Assembly (NCBI GenBank): GCA_963820595.1
Contig: CAWGAO010000001.1
Location: 1 to 59,611 of the forward strand
Source of the DNA: Candidatus Tagabacteria bacterium
GTDB lineage: Bacteria > Patescibacteriota > Minisyncoccia > GCA-002779875
DNA length: 59,611 nucleotides
Direction: 5' to 3'
The notes beneath the pieces are model-generated. The model did not search any database, had not been told where the DNA came from, and worked only from the letters and a program-made list of their open reading frames with translations. This document shows, in pieces, positions 28,404 to 37,195 of this stretch. How positions within the stretch are numbered: position 1 is the stretch's first letter; each line of letters opens with the position of its first letter. A program made the translations under genes and the position numbers.

Positions 28404-28540
28404 CAAAAATTAAGGAGTTAAACGACTATAATTTTTGAGCACCCCGCCCTCTAAGCGGTTCGTGCTCTTTTCTTTTGTAATTGTTGGTTTGATGTTTTGC
28501 TTCATATTTTTTCTTTAAATTCGTGCGTAGAGGGCGGGGT
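28404..28540 (-). mobile_element. non-autonomous ACCCCGCCCTCT element (28441-28540) plus 42-bp leader
   Basis: Same terminal arms as 7000-7246; about 90% identical to 20661-20761. Confidence 0.65.
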
Positions 28541-28544
28541 AAAC

Positions 28545-28979
28545 CTAGCGGTTTACTTTTTCTTTAATATCTAAACTCCAGGCCAAATCGCCAAGTTTAT
28601 TTTTAGTCAGTTTGGGCATATACATGGGCGTTTTTTCTCCTGCCTTGCCGGCAGGAAGACTTTCTTTTGTTTTTTGTATTATTTCCGGAGTTGCCTCGGC
28701 TTCTCTTTTTTTCCAAAGGTAAAGCTTGTTCGAAGTAAGATAGCGAAAAGCGTTTTCGACGACCTTTATAAAAGGCTGATTATTAATTCTATAAAAAGCG
28801 AGAGCTAAAGAAAAAAGGGCGATGGGAATGCCGAAGAAAACGGTTAAATACAGAGGCAGGAGGGCGTAGCAGACAAAAACAATGCCTCCGCCTCCGATTA
28901 GATAAATAAACTGTTTAAAAGTAAGAGGCCCAAAAATTTTATCTTCGATCTCGGTAAATTGAGGGACTTGAAACCTCAT
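28545..28979 (-). CDS. PrgI-family (VirB3-like) membrane protein
   Basis: MRFQVPQFTEIEDKIFGPLTFKQFIY, two TM helices. Confidence 0.88.
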   Translation of the reverse strand: MRFQVPQFTEIEDKIFGPLTFKQFIYLIGGGGIVFVCYALLPLYLTVFFGIPIALFSLALAFYRINNQPFIKVVENAFRYLTSNKLYLWKKREAEATPEIIQKTKESLPAGKAGEKTPMYMPKLTKNKLGDLAWSLDIKEKVNR

Positions 28980-29833
28980 AATATTGGTTCTTTATAAGGG
29001 TCAATTTTTTTTACGGCTGTTTCCGGTTTTAGGGGTTGGCCGGTTTCCGCCGGTTTTTCGGATACTTGTAAGGGTGAACGAGAAATTTCTTCTTTGGTTT
29101 TTGATTCAAAAATTCCCGGACCGCTGATGTCCGCTTCCAGTTCCGGCGTTTCTGTCGGAGCAGGTGATAATATCGGGACTTCGACCTGGCCGCCCGGCAG
29201 GCGGTCCTCTTCGAGCGTCGGAGCCGACACGCTTGTTATTTCCGGCGCTTCCGGTATTGCCGGCGTTTCCGATGAAGGCGTTGGCGTGGCGGGCGTTTCG
29301 GCTGGAGGTAACATTATTTCAGGCGCCGACGGCATTTCGGAAGGTGTCGGTTCGGGCATTGATGGAATTGGCGGTATCTCTTGGAAGGCAGGAGAAGTAG
29401 GAGTTTCAGGGGCAGGCATTACTTGTGGCATTTCTTTTTCCGGTATTGGCTCCGACGGGGAAATTTTAACTTCCGATGGCATTTCTTCGGCTAACCGCGT
29501 TTCCTCCATCGCGTGAATTTTCTTCAGGTTTTCCCGAATCGGAAAAAAGATTTTTGTATTTATTTCTTCCGCGATTTCTTTTGCCAGCGTCCGGTCAACG
29601 TCAAGTCTTTCGCTAAGGTGGGGTATAAATTCCGAAGGATGAGTGAATCCCAGCATTACCAATCCGGTTTCATCGGCCAATTCTCCGATTTTATCAATCA
29701 TCAACTTATGATTTTCTCCTATTTCGCGGATAATATCGGCCGTGTCAACGCTCAAAATCGCGTCCTGAATGTCTTTGGGTAGATTTTGGTAGCTTTCTAA
29801 TAATTCTTCGTTTGTGTATGTGCGGTTTGCCAT
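28976..29833 (-). CDS. hypothetical protein: helical N-domain, Pro/Glu-rich linker, DPYKEP C-terminal motif
   Basis: Coupled to prgI; the N-terminal ~105 aa are duplicated in 45129-46538. Confidence 0.8.
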   Translation of the reverse strand: MANRTYTNEELLESYQNLPKDIQDAILSVDTADIIREIGENHKLMIDKIGELADETGLVMLGFTHPSEFIPHLSERLDVDRTLAKEIAEEINTKIFFPIRENLKKIHAMEETRLAEEMPSEVKISPSEPIPEKEMPQVMPAPETPTSPAFQEIPPIPSMPEPTPSEMPSAPEIMLPPAETPATPTPSSETPAIPEAPEITSVSAPTLEEDRLPGGQVEVPILSPAPTETPELEADISGPGIFESKTKEEISRSPLQVSEKPAETGQPLKPETAVKKIDPYKEPIL

Positions 29834-29927
29834 AAATTTTTACTTATCGCTGTTTTATATTTCTTTATGTCGAAGTAATTTCTTTCCCGGACGGCGTTTT
29901 ACTGTCCAGGGTTTCTCCGGGGTTGCC

Positions 29928-31789
29928 CTACTTTGGAGGGGTTTCTTCGGAAGGAGTTTTTGCCGCTCCTATCGGTGCTCTTGTCGTTGCTATTGCCCTT
30001 GCTTTAACGATCGCTTTCGCCTCTTCCGCCGTCTCTTTCGCCTCTTCCGCCGTCTCTGCTCCCGCCTCAGCTGCTTTTTTAAAAGCCTCTGTCGATCTTA
30101 CTTGCAACAATGAAATCATTGCCTGGGCAGCCATTATATCCCTAAGACTGCCGTTCTTGGTAGCTTTAAGCAATCCCTCTTGTGCTTTAGTTAGCTCAGT
30201 TTTCCTCTCTTTGTCTTCCTCTTCTACTTTCTTTTTTCTTCCTTCTTTTTGTTCCGGTGTTTCTTTCTTGGCTTCTGTCTCGCGTTTTTTTAATATGCCT
30301 TCAATTGCTTCCCTTTTTGCGGTAGTGATAATCGGAGTTTTTAACATAGCCCGTAAGCCCGTTTCTGCTGTAGCTACCGTAAGCTTTTTTGTATTCTGCC
30401 TGTTGTGTCTCTCTGCGTTTTACCTCCATTCCGGAAACTTTTGCCAAACCGCGGGTGGCAAGAGGCAGGGCTTTAATAGTTCTCGCAGTGACTCCTTCGC
30501 CCTTTAACACTTTTTCGGCCATAGCGCCGCCCGCTCTTGTGCCGACATATCTGCCGACTTTTCCGGCGTAGCCTTGGGCTTTCTTTCCTATCTTTGATAG
30601 GCCTTTTTGCGCCGAATCGGCTCCCATGGCGCCCATTTGTTTGGCTACTATCAGGGACGCGATAAGGAAAATGATTATAATGACGAAATTTAATATGAAT
30701 GCAATATTGCCATACGCTCGCGGGGGACTTTTTGAACCAACCCAGTCGAATTCGGCCGCGTAAGACAACGCCGAATTTGTCCCAGCTGGATTAAGTGCTT
30801 TTTTGATAAAACCGCTATTTATAACGGTAGCGGTAAACCAAAGCATGAAAAGCATTGCCGGTGCGAAAAAAGATTGTTCAAAGAGAGTATGCAACCATTT
30901 CGTAAAGTGCTTTTTGGTGCTAGGAAGGACGTAAGCGCCAAAAGCGAGCGGAGCGAAAACCATTAAAATCATCAAAACTACCATCCGGATGACAAAGAGA
31001 ATGCCGGCGACTAAGAATATGAATCCGGCAATCGCAAGAATAATACAGCCGAAACTGACCGCAAGGAGCATTTTTATTGTTTGGTCAAAATCATTGCTTG
31101 TGCTTGGGTCAAACGAATTTTGGGAAGAAGGCAAGATGCCCGCATCTGAAACAATTTAATTCGATATTCAAGCCTTCTATGAACGAGTCGGCGACATTAA
31201 CGGTAGTAGAAGAACTCGAGCCCGCGGCAAGACTGTTATAAAATTCCACTGCCAAAATATTTGAAGCGTCAACAACCAGTTTAGTTATCACCAAACTGAA
31301 GTTCACTAAAAACGCGATAACAATAAGGGAAACCAAAAGTTCTTTTGCTCCGTATCCGGAAACTTGCAGGATAGTGGCAATGGCAATGTAAAGAAGAATG
31401 AAAATCAAAAAAAGATTGACTATGTCCCGGCACAGGCCCCAACCCACGTTTACCGCGCTGGTTGGGTCGCTAAGTAAACTGCTAAAAGTGCTGCCGGTGA
31501 TTGAAAGAGTGACGCTTTGGCTTAAAATAAAACTGGAAAAATATAAAAACGCCGAAGCGATTTTAAAAGGAACATAATAAATAAATTGATAAACGAGATT
31601 TACCACTGCGGTTGCCGGGTCGGAAAGGAGAGTCCATAAATTAGGAGTTGATACTTCTGCGGGTTTTGCATTCCAGTCGTTTTGGGTTGCGCCACTGCCT
31701 TTGGCTATATTAACCAAGAAAGGACTGAAGAATATTCCTAAAATCACAGCCGTTATTAAGATATAATTTATTGTTTTTTTAGAAAGCAT
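29928..31789 (-). CDS. VirB6/TrbL-like polytopic membrane protein, broken into three ORFs (frameshifts near 31120-31160 and 30350)
   Basis: Three overlapping same-strand ORFs; GWGLCRDIVNLF, LVNFSL, IRMVVLMIL..FAPLAF, W...LF...FFAP motifs. Confidence 0.7.
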
Positions 31790-31805
31790 TTTATCGGCTT
31801 AATTT

Positions 31806-33320
31806 TTATTGAGTGGGAACGGTGGGGGCAGGAGTTGAAGCTTGACAGGTGGTAAGGTAGTTTTGCGCGTCTGTTAAACTGGCTTTAGCGTTGTTAAATT
31901 CGTCTTGGGCGTTGGAAACTTTGTGGAGCGAAGGTGTGAGGATGCTGTACTCCTGGTTAAGACTGGCAAGATCAGCCGAAAAAGTCGAAGAATTCACATC
32001 CGGAAGCCGCGACTTGATGTCTTTTAATTTTTCGACCATCGGGTCAACCTCGGCTATTCCGCTATTTATGCGAGGTATGACAATGTTTTGGATAAGCTCG
32101 ACCTTTGAAGTAATCTCGGTAATTGCCAAATTGGCAGGGGAATTGACCTCCTCGCTGCTTTGCGCTTGATAGCATATTTTTGCTTCGTTGTATTTGGCAA
32201 CTGTGTCGTTTAGCTTATTGATAACATCGGTCTGCATAATATTTTTAAAGGAATTTTCCGAAGCAATACTGTCATCGAGAGAAGTTTCAACCCTGTTCCG
32301 TAGAACTTGGTTGCCTTGACCGGGGTTCGTTGGCGTATAATTTGAACCGGAAATGCCTTCGTTCCCGCTTCCGCCGCTTACGGCCCAAGTCATCAATTCG
32401 GAGAGCAGAGCGGAGATGAGTTCGTCGATTTCGTCAGCAAGAGCTAATTCGTGAAAATCTATACCGGTCGCGTTCGCAAGTTCGCTTTCCACCCATTTGC
32501 CCGGCGAAGTAGTCGTGTACCTTATGCATGTTGATTCGTAAGTCCACTGATTAGTAGAATATTCTGCGCACTTTTTCACCGACAAAAATCCCGAGTTGAA
32601 GATGCTTTGGGTTTGGACGTTTAATTGGGCGGCCACTTGTTGCGCTCTCATTTGGTTAAAGGAAGTGATATAGGCGCCATAAGGGTCGTTTTGGCTGCTT
32701 CCGGTTATCGCAAGAAATGCGCTCCACCCGCCGTTATTAAAACTATCGCCGAAATTTATTGCGTTGCCGGAGATTGAGCTCAAGGTGCAACTCATTCTTT
32801 TTCCGTAGTCGTAGTAATTGTTATTGTAGTTTGTAAGAGCTAAACGGAGCTGGGCTCGGAAAGGGGAGCAGATTGCATTATAAACATCCGGACTCAAAAA
32901 TTTTTTCATAAAAATGCCGGTTCCCTGGTCAAACGCGTCTTTTAAATATTGATTGAAGTCTGTGATAAAAAGCGGGCTTCCCTGAAAACCGCTTTTTATC
33001 CAGTTGACGACGCTTTTAGTAAGGCTTTGCAGCAGATAGTGGGCAAGAGTTTTAACAATGGGGTCGAGGATATACTCTTTGTTCTGGAGAGAAGCCACTG
33101 AACCGTAAATGTCTTTGGCTGTATTCCAGACGCTCGACAGCGTGCTGTAAATACTCCCGAGGGTGCTTACCGTTTGGATTGCTTCTGCATAAACGGACGA
33201 ATCGCTGACTGGCACCGTTGCGGAAGCCTTTCTGGGAAAAGCGAAAAAAATGCTGGGCAGTAATATCAATATGATGACGCACTCAGCCGTTATTTTTTTG
33301 GAGTAATCAGGCAATTTCAT
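31806..33320 (-). CDS. secreted protein of the T4SS-like locus
   Basis: Signal peptide, TVPVSD start, VVNWIKSGFQGSP, paired Cys, helical C-terminus. Confidence 0.75.
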   Translation of the reverse strand: MKLPDYSKKITAECVIILILLPSIFFAFPRKASATVPVSDSSVYAEAIQTVSTLGSIYSTLSSVWNTAKDIYGSVASLQNKEYILDPIVKTLAHYLLQSLTKSVVNWIKSGFQGSPLFITDFNQYLKDAFDQGTGIFMKKFLSPDVYNAICSPFRAQLRLALTNYNNNYYDYGKRMSCTLSSISGNAINFGDSFNNGGWSAFLAITGSSQNDPYGAYITSFNQMRAQQVAAQLNVQTQSIFNSGFLSVKKCAEYSTNQWTYESTCIRYTTTSPGKWVESELANATGIDFHELALADEIDELISALLSELMTWAVSGGSGNEGISGSNYTPTNPGQGNQVLRNRVETSLDDSIASENSFKNIMQTDVINKLNDTVAKYNEAKICYQAQSSEEVNSPANLAITEITSKVELIQNIVIPRINSGIAEVDPMVEKLKDIKSRLPDVNSSTFSADLASLNQEYSILTPSLHKVSNAQDEFNNAKASLTDAQNYLTTCQASTPAPTVPTQ

Positions 33321-33321
33321 A

Positions 33322-34335
33322 TTAATTTTGCGTTGGTTTCTCTAAATAAATTTTAAAAAGCGTTGCAGGCTCATTAACGGCAAAAACCACTTGTTTGGTT
33401 GTAAAATAGCCGTTCAGGTTTTTCAGAATTAAGTAAGCCATAATGGAATCTTTTTGGTAGTTTTTTACCGCTACAAGAGACTGGGCAGGGTCGCTAAGCG
33501 TTTTTTGCATCGCATCGATTTCTTTGGCAATGTTGTTGAAGCGATTTATTAATTCCAGATGAAAATCGGAAAAACTTTTGGGTGTATTTAAAAAGACCAT
33601 TTCTTTGGCGGTGTTGCGATAAGCGCTGGCAATCGGCTTCAGTTTTTTAAAATCCGATTCGCTTTCCGTCAGTAGCGCATCTTTTAGAACCGTCATTTCG
33701 GTTTCCGGAAGCGGATCAAAATATTTTTTAATGATAAGAGCAAGATTGTTGCCGTAATCTTTTATTGCGTTTTGGTCGTCGTTCGCGGAAAGTTTGATGT
33801 CGGAAGCGATGTAGTTTTCCTGCCCGTTTCCGAATGTGTCGAGGGTCCCGGTGAAGGATTGCAGGATGTTGCTTTTGTCGCTGTCGCTGACTTTGCCGTT
33901 TCCTTGTGCTCTTGCGTCCAAGTACTCGGCCATAAATTCCTGGCTCAGGGCTTCGGTAAGAGTAGGTGTGGCTTCCGAAGACGAAGCCGATTCAGTTTTT
34001 TCGGGTTTAAAATCCAGCAATTTATCGGTTTTGCCGTCTTTACTGGCCACGAGCGGGTTGCGGCCTTCTTTTACTTCTTGGCCGTCGGGCGTGCCATCGC
34101 CGTCCGTATCGGGGTTATTCGGGTCGGTTCCCCGGAGAGCCTCTTCCCAATCTTTTAAGCCGTCATTGTCGCTGTCTTTGGCTGTTTCCTGCGCGATGAT
34201 TGGTCCTCCGGCTGTTTGTTTCTCAACGGGTTTCTGCGTTTTACTTGGATTTCTAAAAATCAAAAATCCGCCACCGATAATAAGGAGGCTTATAATGCTC
34301 ACCAAAATAAATTTTTTATTTGGTAAATAGAGCAA
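33322..34335 (-). CDS. membrane-anchored protein with Ca-binding (TSP3-like) DxDxDG repeats
   Basis: KDSDNDGLKDWEE...TDPNNPDTDGDGTPDGQEV. Confidence 0.8.
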   Translation of the reverse strand: MLYLPNKKFILVSIISLLIIGGGFLIFRNPSKTQKPVEKQTAGGPIIAQETAKDSDNDGLKDWEEALRGTDPNNPDTDGDGTPDGQEVKEGRNPLVASKDGKTDKLLDFKPEKTESASSSEATPTLTEALSQEFMAEYLDARAQGNGKVSDSDKSNILQSFTGTLDTFGNGQENYIASDIKLSANDDQNAIKDYGNNLALIIKKYFDPLPETEMTVLKDALLTESESDFKKLKPIASAYRNTAKEMVFLNTPKSFSDFHLELINRFNNIAKEIDAMQKTLSDPAQSLVAVKNYQKDSIMAYLILKNLNGYFTTKQVVFAVNEPATLFKIYLEKPTQN

Positions 34336-34460
34336 AATCTTGGTGATATTACACCTTCTTTATTATACCACTATTGGTTTTTTTAACGTATGTTAAAAAA
34401 ACGGTTTTTGTGGATAAATAAAGGCAAGGATTTTTCTTTGAGTCGAGGTATAATGAAAAT

Positions 34461-35438
34461 ATGAAAAGATGGCGGAGTAATTGGTTTAAGCTGGGTTTGG
34501 GCGGTTTGGTAGCGTGCCTGGCAGTTTTTTTGTTTTTTGTTTGGCGGTTGGCGTTGGAGCCGGGAAAGGATGGCGGGCAGGAAATCGTGGCCGGAGGGCA
34601 AAAGCAATCGTCTGAAACGTCCGGAATCTTGCCGCGGACGGCAGAGCTTGGAACTCCAAAAGAACCCGAATTTAAGCCATTTATTGACCAAGAAAGCGAG
34701 AAAATTAAGAATGATTTTTTAAAGCGGTTTTCTGATTTAACTAATCCTCCTGTTTCCGCTCCTAAAGCCGCATTCTCCGCACCTGCTAAAACCGAAGCGC
34801 CGGAACAGCCAACCCAGGAATTTTTACAGCCGGCAAAGCCGAGACGGGTTTTAACCGACGAAGAGTGGTTTAAGATTGCTTATCCTGATTATTATCTAGA
34901 CGCTCTTAAGGGAATAGAACAATTCATGCGCCAACAAGGTTTTTTAGCGACATCGGAGAAATTTGAATTTAAAACGGAAAAAGAAATTTATGCTTTTGCC
35001 TATAGAATGATGGATTTTGCTCTCGCTAAAAATATAATTGACGAGTCACAGGCAAAAAACTTCAGGCATGGACTTGAAATGGTACTTCCGGAACTTCAGA
35101 AGGACGAAAGAAATCTCTGGGCACAACAGTTGAGCATTCTTTTAGAAAATATTTTCGGAACTAAAATAGCTTGGGCTCTAGGAAGCGATTGTTATAGGCA
35201 AGGCGTAAGCACTGGTTCTGGCTCAAATACTCCTTGGCCAATATGCTGTAATTGCGGTACTGGTTATGTGGGGGAAACTATTATGTATTATACGGATTGT
35301 GGTTACGGTCTTATAAGTTCGATCACATGCAATGTATCCGAGTTAGGTTGTTTAAATTCTGTTTGTAAATTTCCTAAACCTGCAATTTGGGATCGCTATA
35401 GGCATTTGCGGTTGCGGATAGTCAATAGTGATAAATGA
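34461..35438 (+). CDS. membrane-anchored protein with Cys-rich C-terminal domain
   Basis: N-terminal TM helix; CCNCG...CG...C...GCLNSVC; a probable terminal frameshift hides GICGCG-stop at 35401-35421. Confidence 0.75.
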   Translation: MKRWRSNWFKLGLGGLVACLAVFLFFVWRLALEPGKDGGQEIVAGGQKQSSETSGILPRTAELGTPKEPEFKPFIDQESEKIKNDFLKRFSDLTNPPVSAPKAAFSAPAKTEAPEQPTQEFLQPAKPRRVLTDEEWFKIAYPDYYLDALKGIEQFMRQQGFLATSEKFEFKTEKEIYAFAYRMMDFALAKNIIDESQAKNFRHGLEMVLPELQKDERNLWAQQLSILLENIFGTKIAWALGSDCYRQGVSTGSGSNTPWPICCNCGTGYVGETIMYYTDCGYGLISSITCNVSELGCLNSVCKFPKPAIWDRYRHLRLRIVNSDK

Positions 35439-35480
35439 CAAATGACTAATAACAAACAACAGCCAAGCAGAATACTGTTA

Positions 35481-36302
35481 TTATTCGTTATCAGGTATTT
35501 GTTTGTAGAGGCATTTCCAATCTTCGAGAGATAATTCTTCCGCCCGCGCCAAAGGCGGGATTTTGCATTTTTGGAGAATTTTTGCTTCAACCCCAAGATT
35601 ATTTTTGAGCAGTTTTCTTTTATGGCTGAAGCCGAGTTTTAATATTTTGAAAAATTTTTCTTCTAAAATCTTGTTTCCGCCATCTACTTTGTCGTCCGCC
35701 AACTGGCGGAGCGGATTGAAAAAATCTTTGGAAATATTTCCGATTACGATAATGGCCGAATCAACTTTTGGCGGAGGCGAGAAATTTTTGGCCGGGACTT
35801 TGGCGATGATGCGCGGCTGTCCATAAGCCTTTACGCTAATGGACAAAAGGCTTTCTTTCCTCCGCCGGTTGGCGGATTTGGCAATAATTCTTTCGGCTAC
35901 TTCTTTTTGAACCATTAGGGCCATTAGCGCTGGTTGGCAATTTGATTCCAAAAATTGCCGCAGAAATCGGGAAGTAATGTAATAAGGAATATTAGCGACA
36001 ATTTTATATTTGTGAGGTTTGAGTGGAAAATTTTGAGGTCTAAATTTTAAAATATCGTCATGGACAATTTTTAAATTGTGATTGTCTTTAAATTTGTCCG
36101 TTAGAAAATCCACTAATTCTTTATCTTTTTCAACGGCAATAACTTGTTTGGCTTTTTGGATAAGCAATTCGGTCAGGCTGCCTTTGCCCGGCCCGACTTC
36201 CAATACAATATCATTTTTACCGACTTTCGCCGCTTCTATGATTTTTTCGGCAACATTTTTATTTTTGAGAAAATGCTGCCCCAGATATTTTTTAAATCTC
36301 AT
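35481..36302 (-). CDS. rsmA: 16S rRNA adenine dimethyltransferase
   Basis: KKYLGQHFL, EVGPGKG, VANIPYYITS, MVQKEVAERI, FSPPPKVDSA, RAEELS. Confidence 0.97.
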   Translation of the reverse strand: MRFKKYLGQHFLKNKNVAEKIIEAAKVGKNDIVLEVGPGKGSLTELLIQKAKQVIAVEKDKELVDFLTDKFKDNHNLKIVHDDILKFRPQNFPLKPHKYKIVANIPYYITSRFLRQFLESNCQPALMALMVQKEVAERIIAKSANRRRKESLLSISVKAYGQPRIIAKVPAKNFSPPPKVDSAIIVIGNISKDFFNPLRQLADDKVDGGNKILEEKFFKILKLGFSHKRKLLKNNLGVEAKILQKCKIPPLARAEELSLEDWKCLYKQIPDNE

Positions 36303-36382
36303 ATTAGGAAAAGGATTATCTTTTTAGCCCTACGTCTTTATTTTAAGCCTTATTTTCTGAATCCGCAAAGAGGTATTTACTC

Positions 36383-36410
36383 TTGACAAGAAATAGAGAT
36401 ATGCTATAAT
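36383..36410 (+). promoter_or_regulatory. consensus sigma70 promoter
   Basis: TTGACA-16-TATAAT with an extended TG. Confidence 0.75.
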
Positions 36411-36478
36411 GTATTTAAATCGTATCCTTGAAAAAAGAGCGAAGCGAAAATTCAAAAAAATCAAAAGGAGGAAGGAAA

Positions 36479-37102
36479 ATGAAAACTTTAAAAGGAATTT
36501 TAATGGTATTGGTTGCAATGATTTTGGTGGTGATGGCAGTAAATTATTCGGAGGCAAAGAGCTTGAGCAGAGATGAAGCGAAGAAGATGCTCAACGAAAA
36601 ATTTTATCCAGGCATTCTTTACGGGGTGCTCGGTGCCCACTATGGTTACATGTGTTGGAATGGCCCAGGGACATGCTCTGGTAGTGAGGATGTAAAGAAG
36701 ACAGTAAAGAATCTTGAAGCTGAAGGATTTATATCTGTCGTTCGTAAGGGTGACGATCTAAATATCACTATTACCGACAAAGGAAAAGAGTTTCTTCTTC
36801 CTCAAGATAAGGATAGTGTCAATATCTTTATTCTTGCTGAAGTTCAGGTAGTAGAAGTTACGGGTATTCAAACAAACGGAAATGTCGCAAAGATTGAATA
36901 CAATGTGATACTAAAACTCACTCCCGTTGGCAGATGCTGGACGACGTTACCTTTCCGCGAAAAATTCAAAACAACGAAAGTCTCAAACTCTTTTTCTTTT
37001 GACTCTCCGGGAAATTTTTGGAAATCACTCCTAGAGCTAGAGGGCAAAGAAGTTAAAAGAAATGCGACTGCTGAACTCTATGATGACGGTTGGAGATTTT
37101 AG
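36479..37102 (+). CDS. secreted hypothetical protein
   Basis: AAGGAGG RBS; signal peptide MKTLKGILMVLVAMILVVMAVNYSEA; ends DDGWRF. Confidence 0.8.
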   Translation: MKTLKGILMVLVAMILVVMAVNYSEAKSLSRDEAKKMLNEKFYPGILYGVLGAHYGYMCWNGPGTCSGSEDVKKTVKNLEAEGFISVVRKGDDLNITITDKGKEFLLPQDKDSVNIFILAEVQVVEVTGIQTNGNVAKIEYNVILKLTPVGRCWTTLPFREKFKTTKVSNSFSFDSPGNFWKSLLELEGKEVKRNATAELYDDGWRF

Positions 37103-37148
37103 ATGATTACATTCAGTAAACGTTGTAAGCTTCCAAAAAAAATCAAGG

Positions 37149-37178
37149 AAAGGCTCGGCCAAAATGGTCGGGCCTTTT
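37149..37178. terminator. intrinsic terminator
   Basis: AAAGGCTCGGCC-AAAAT-GGTCGGGCCTTTT. Confidence 0.65.
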
Positions 37179-37195
37179 AATTTTACGCAGTTTTG

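Noticed and set aside
35543-35559. CCCGCGCCAAAGGCGGG in the rsmA 3' end and CCGCAAAGGCGG in thpR (916-927) as inserted palindromes
   Set aside because: They encode apparently native motifs (PPLARAEE, PPLRPRMIW), with no sign of extra length.
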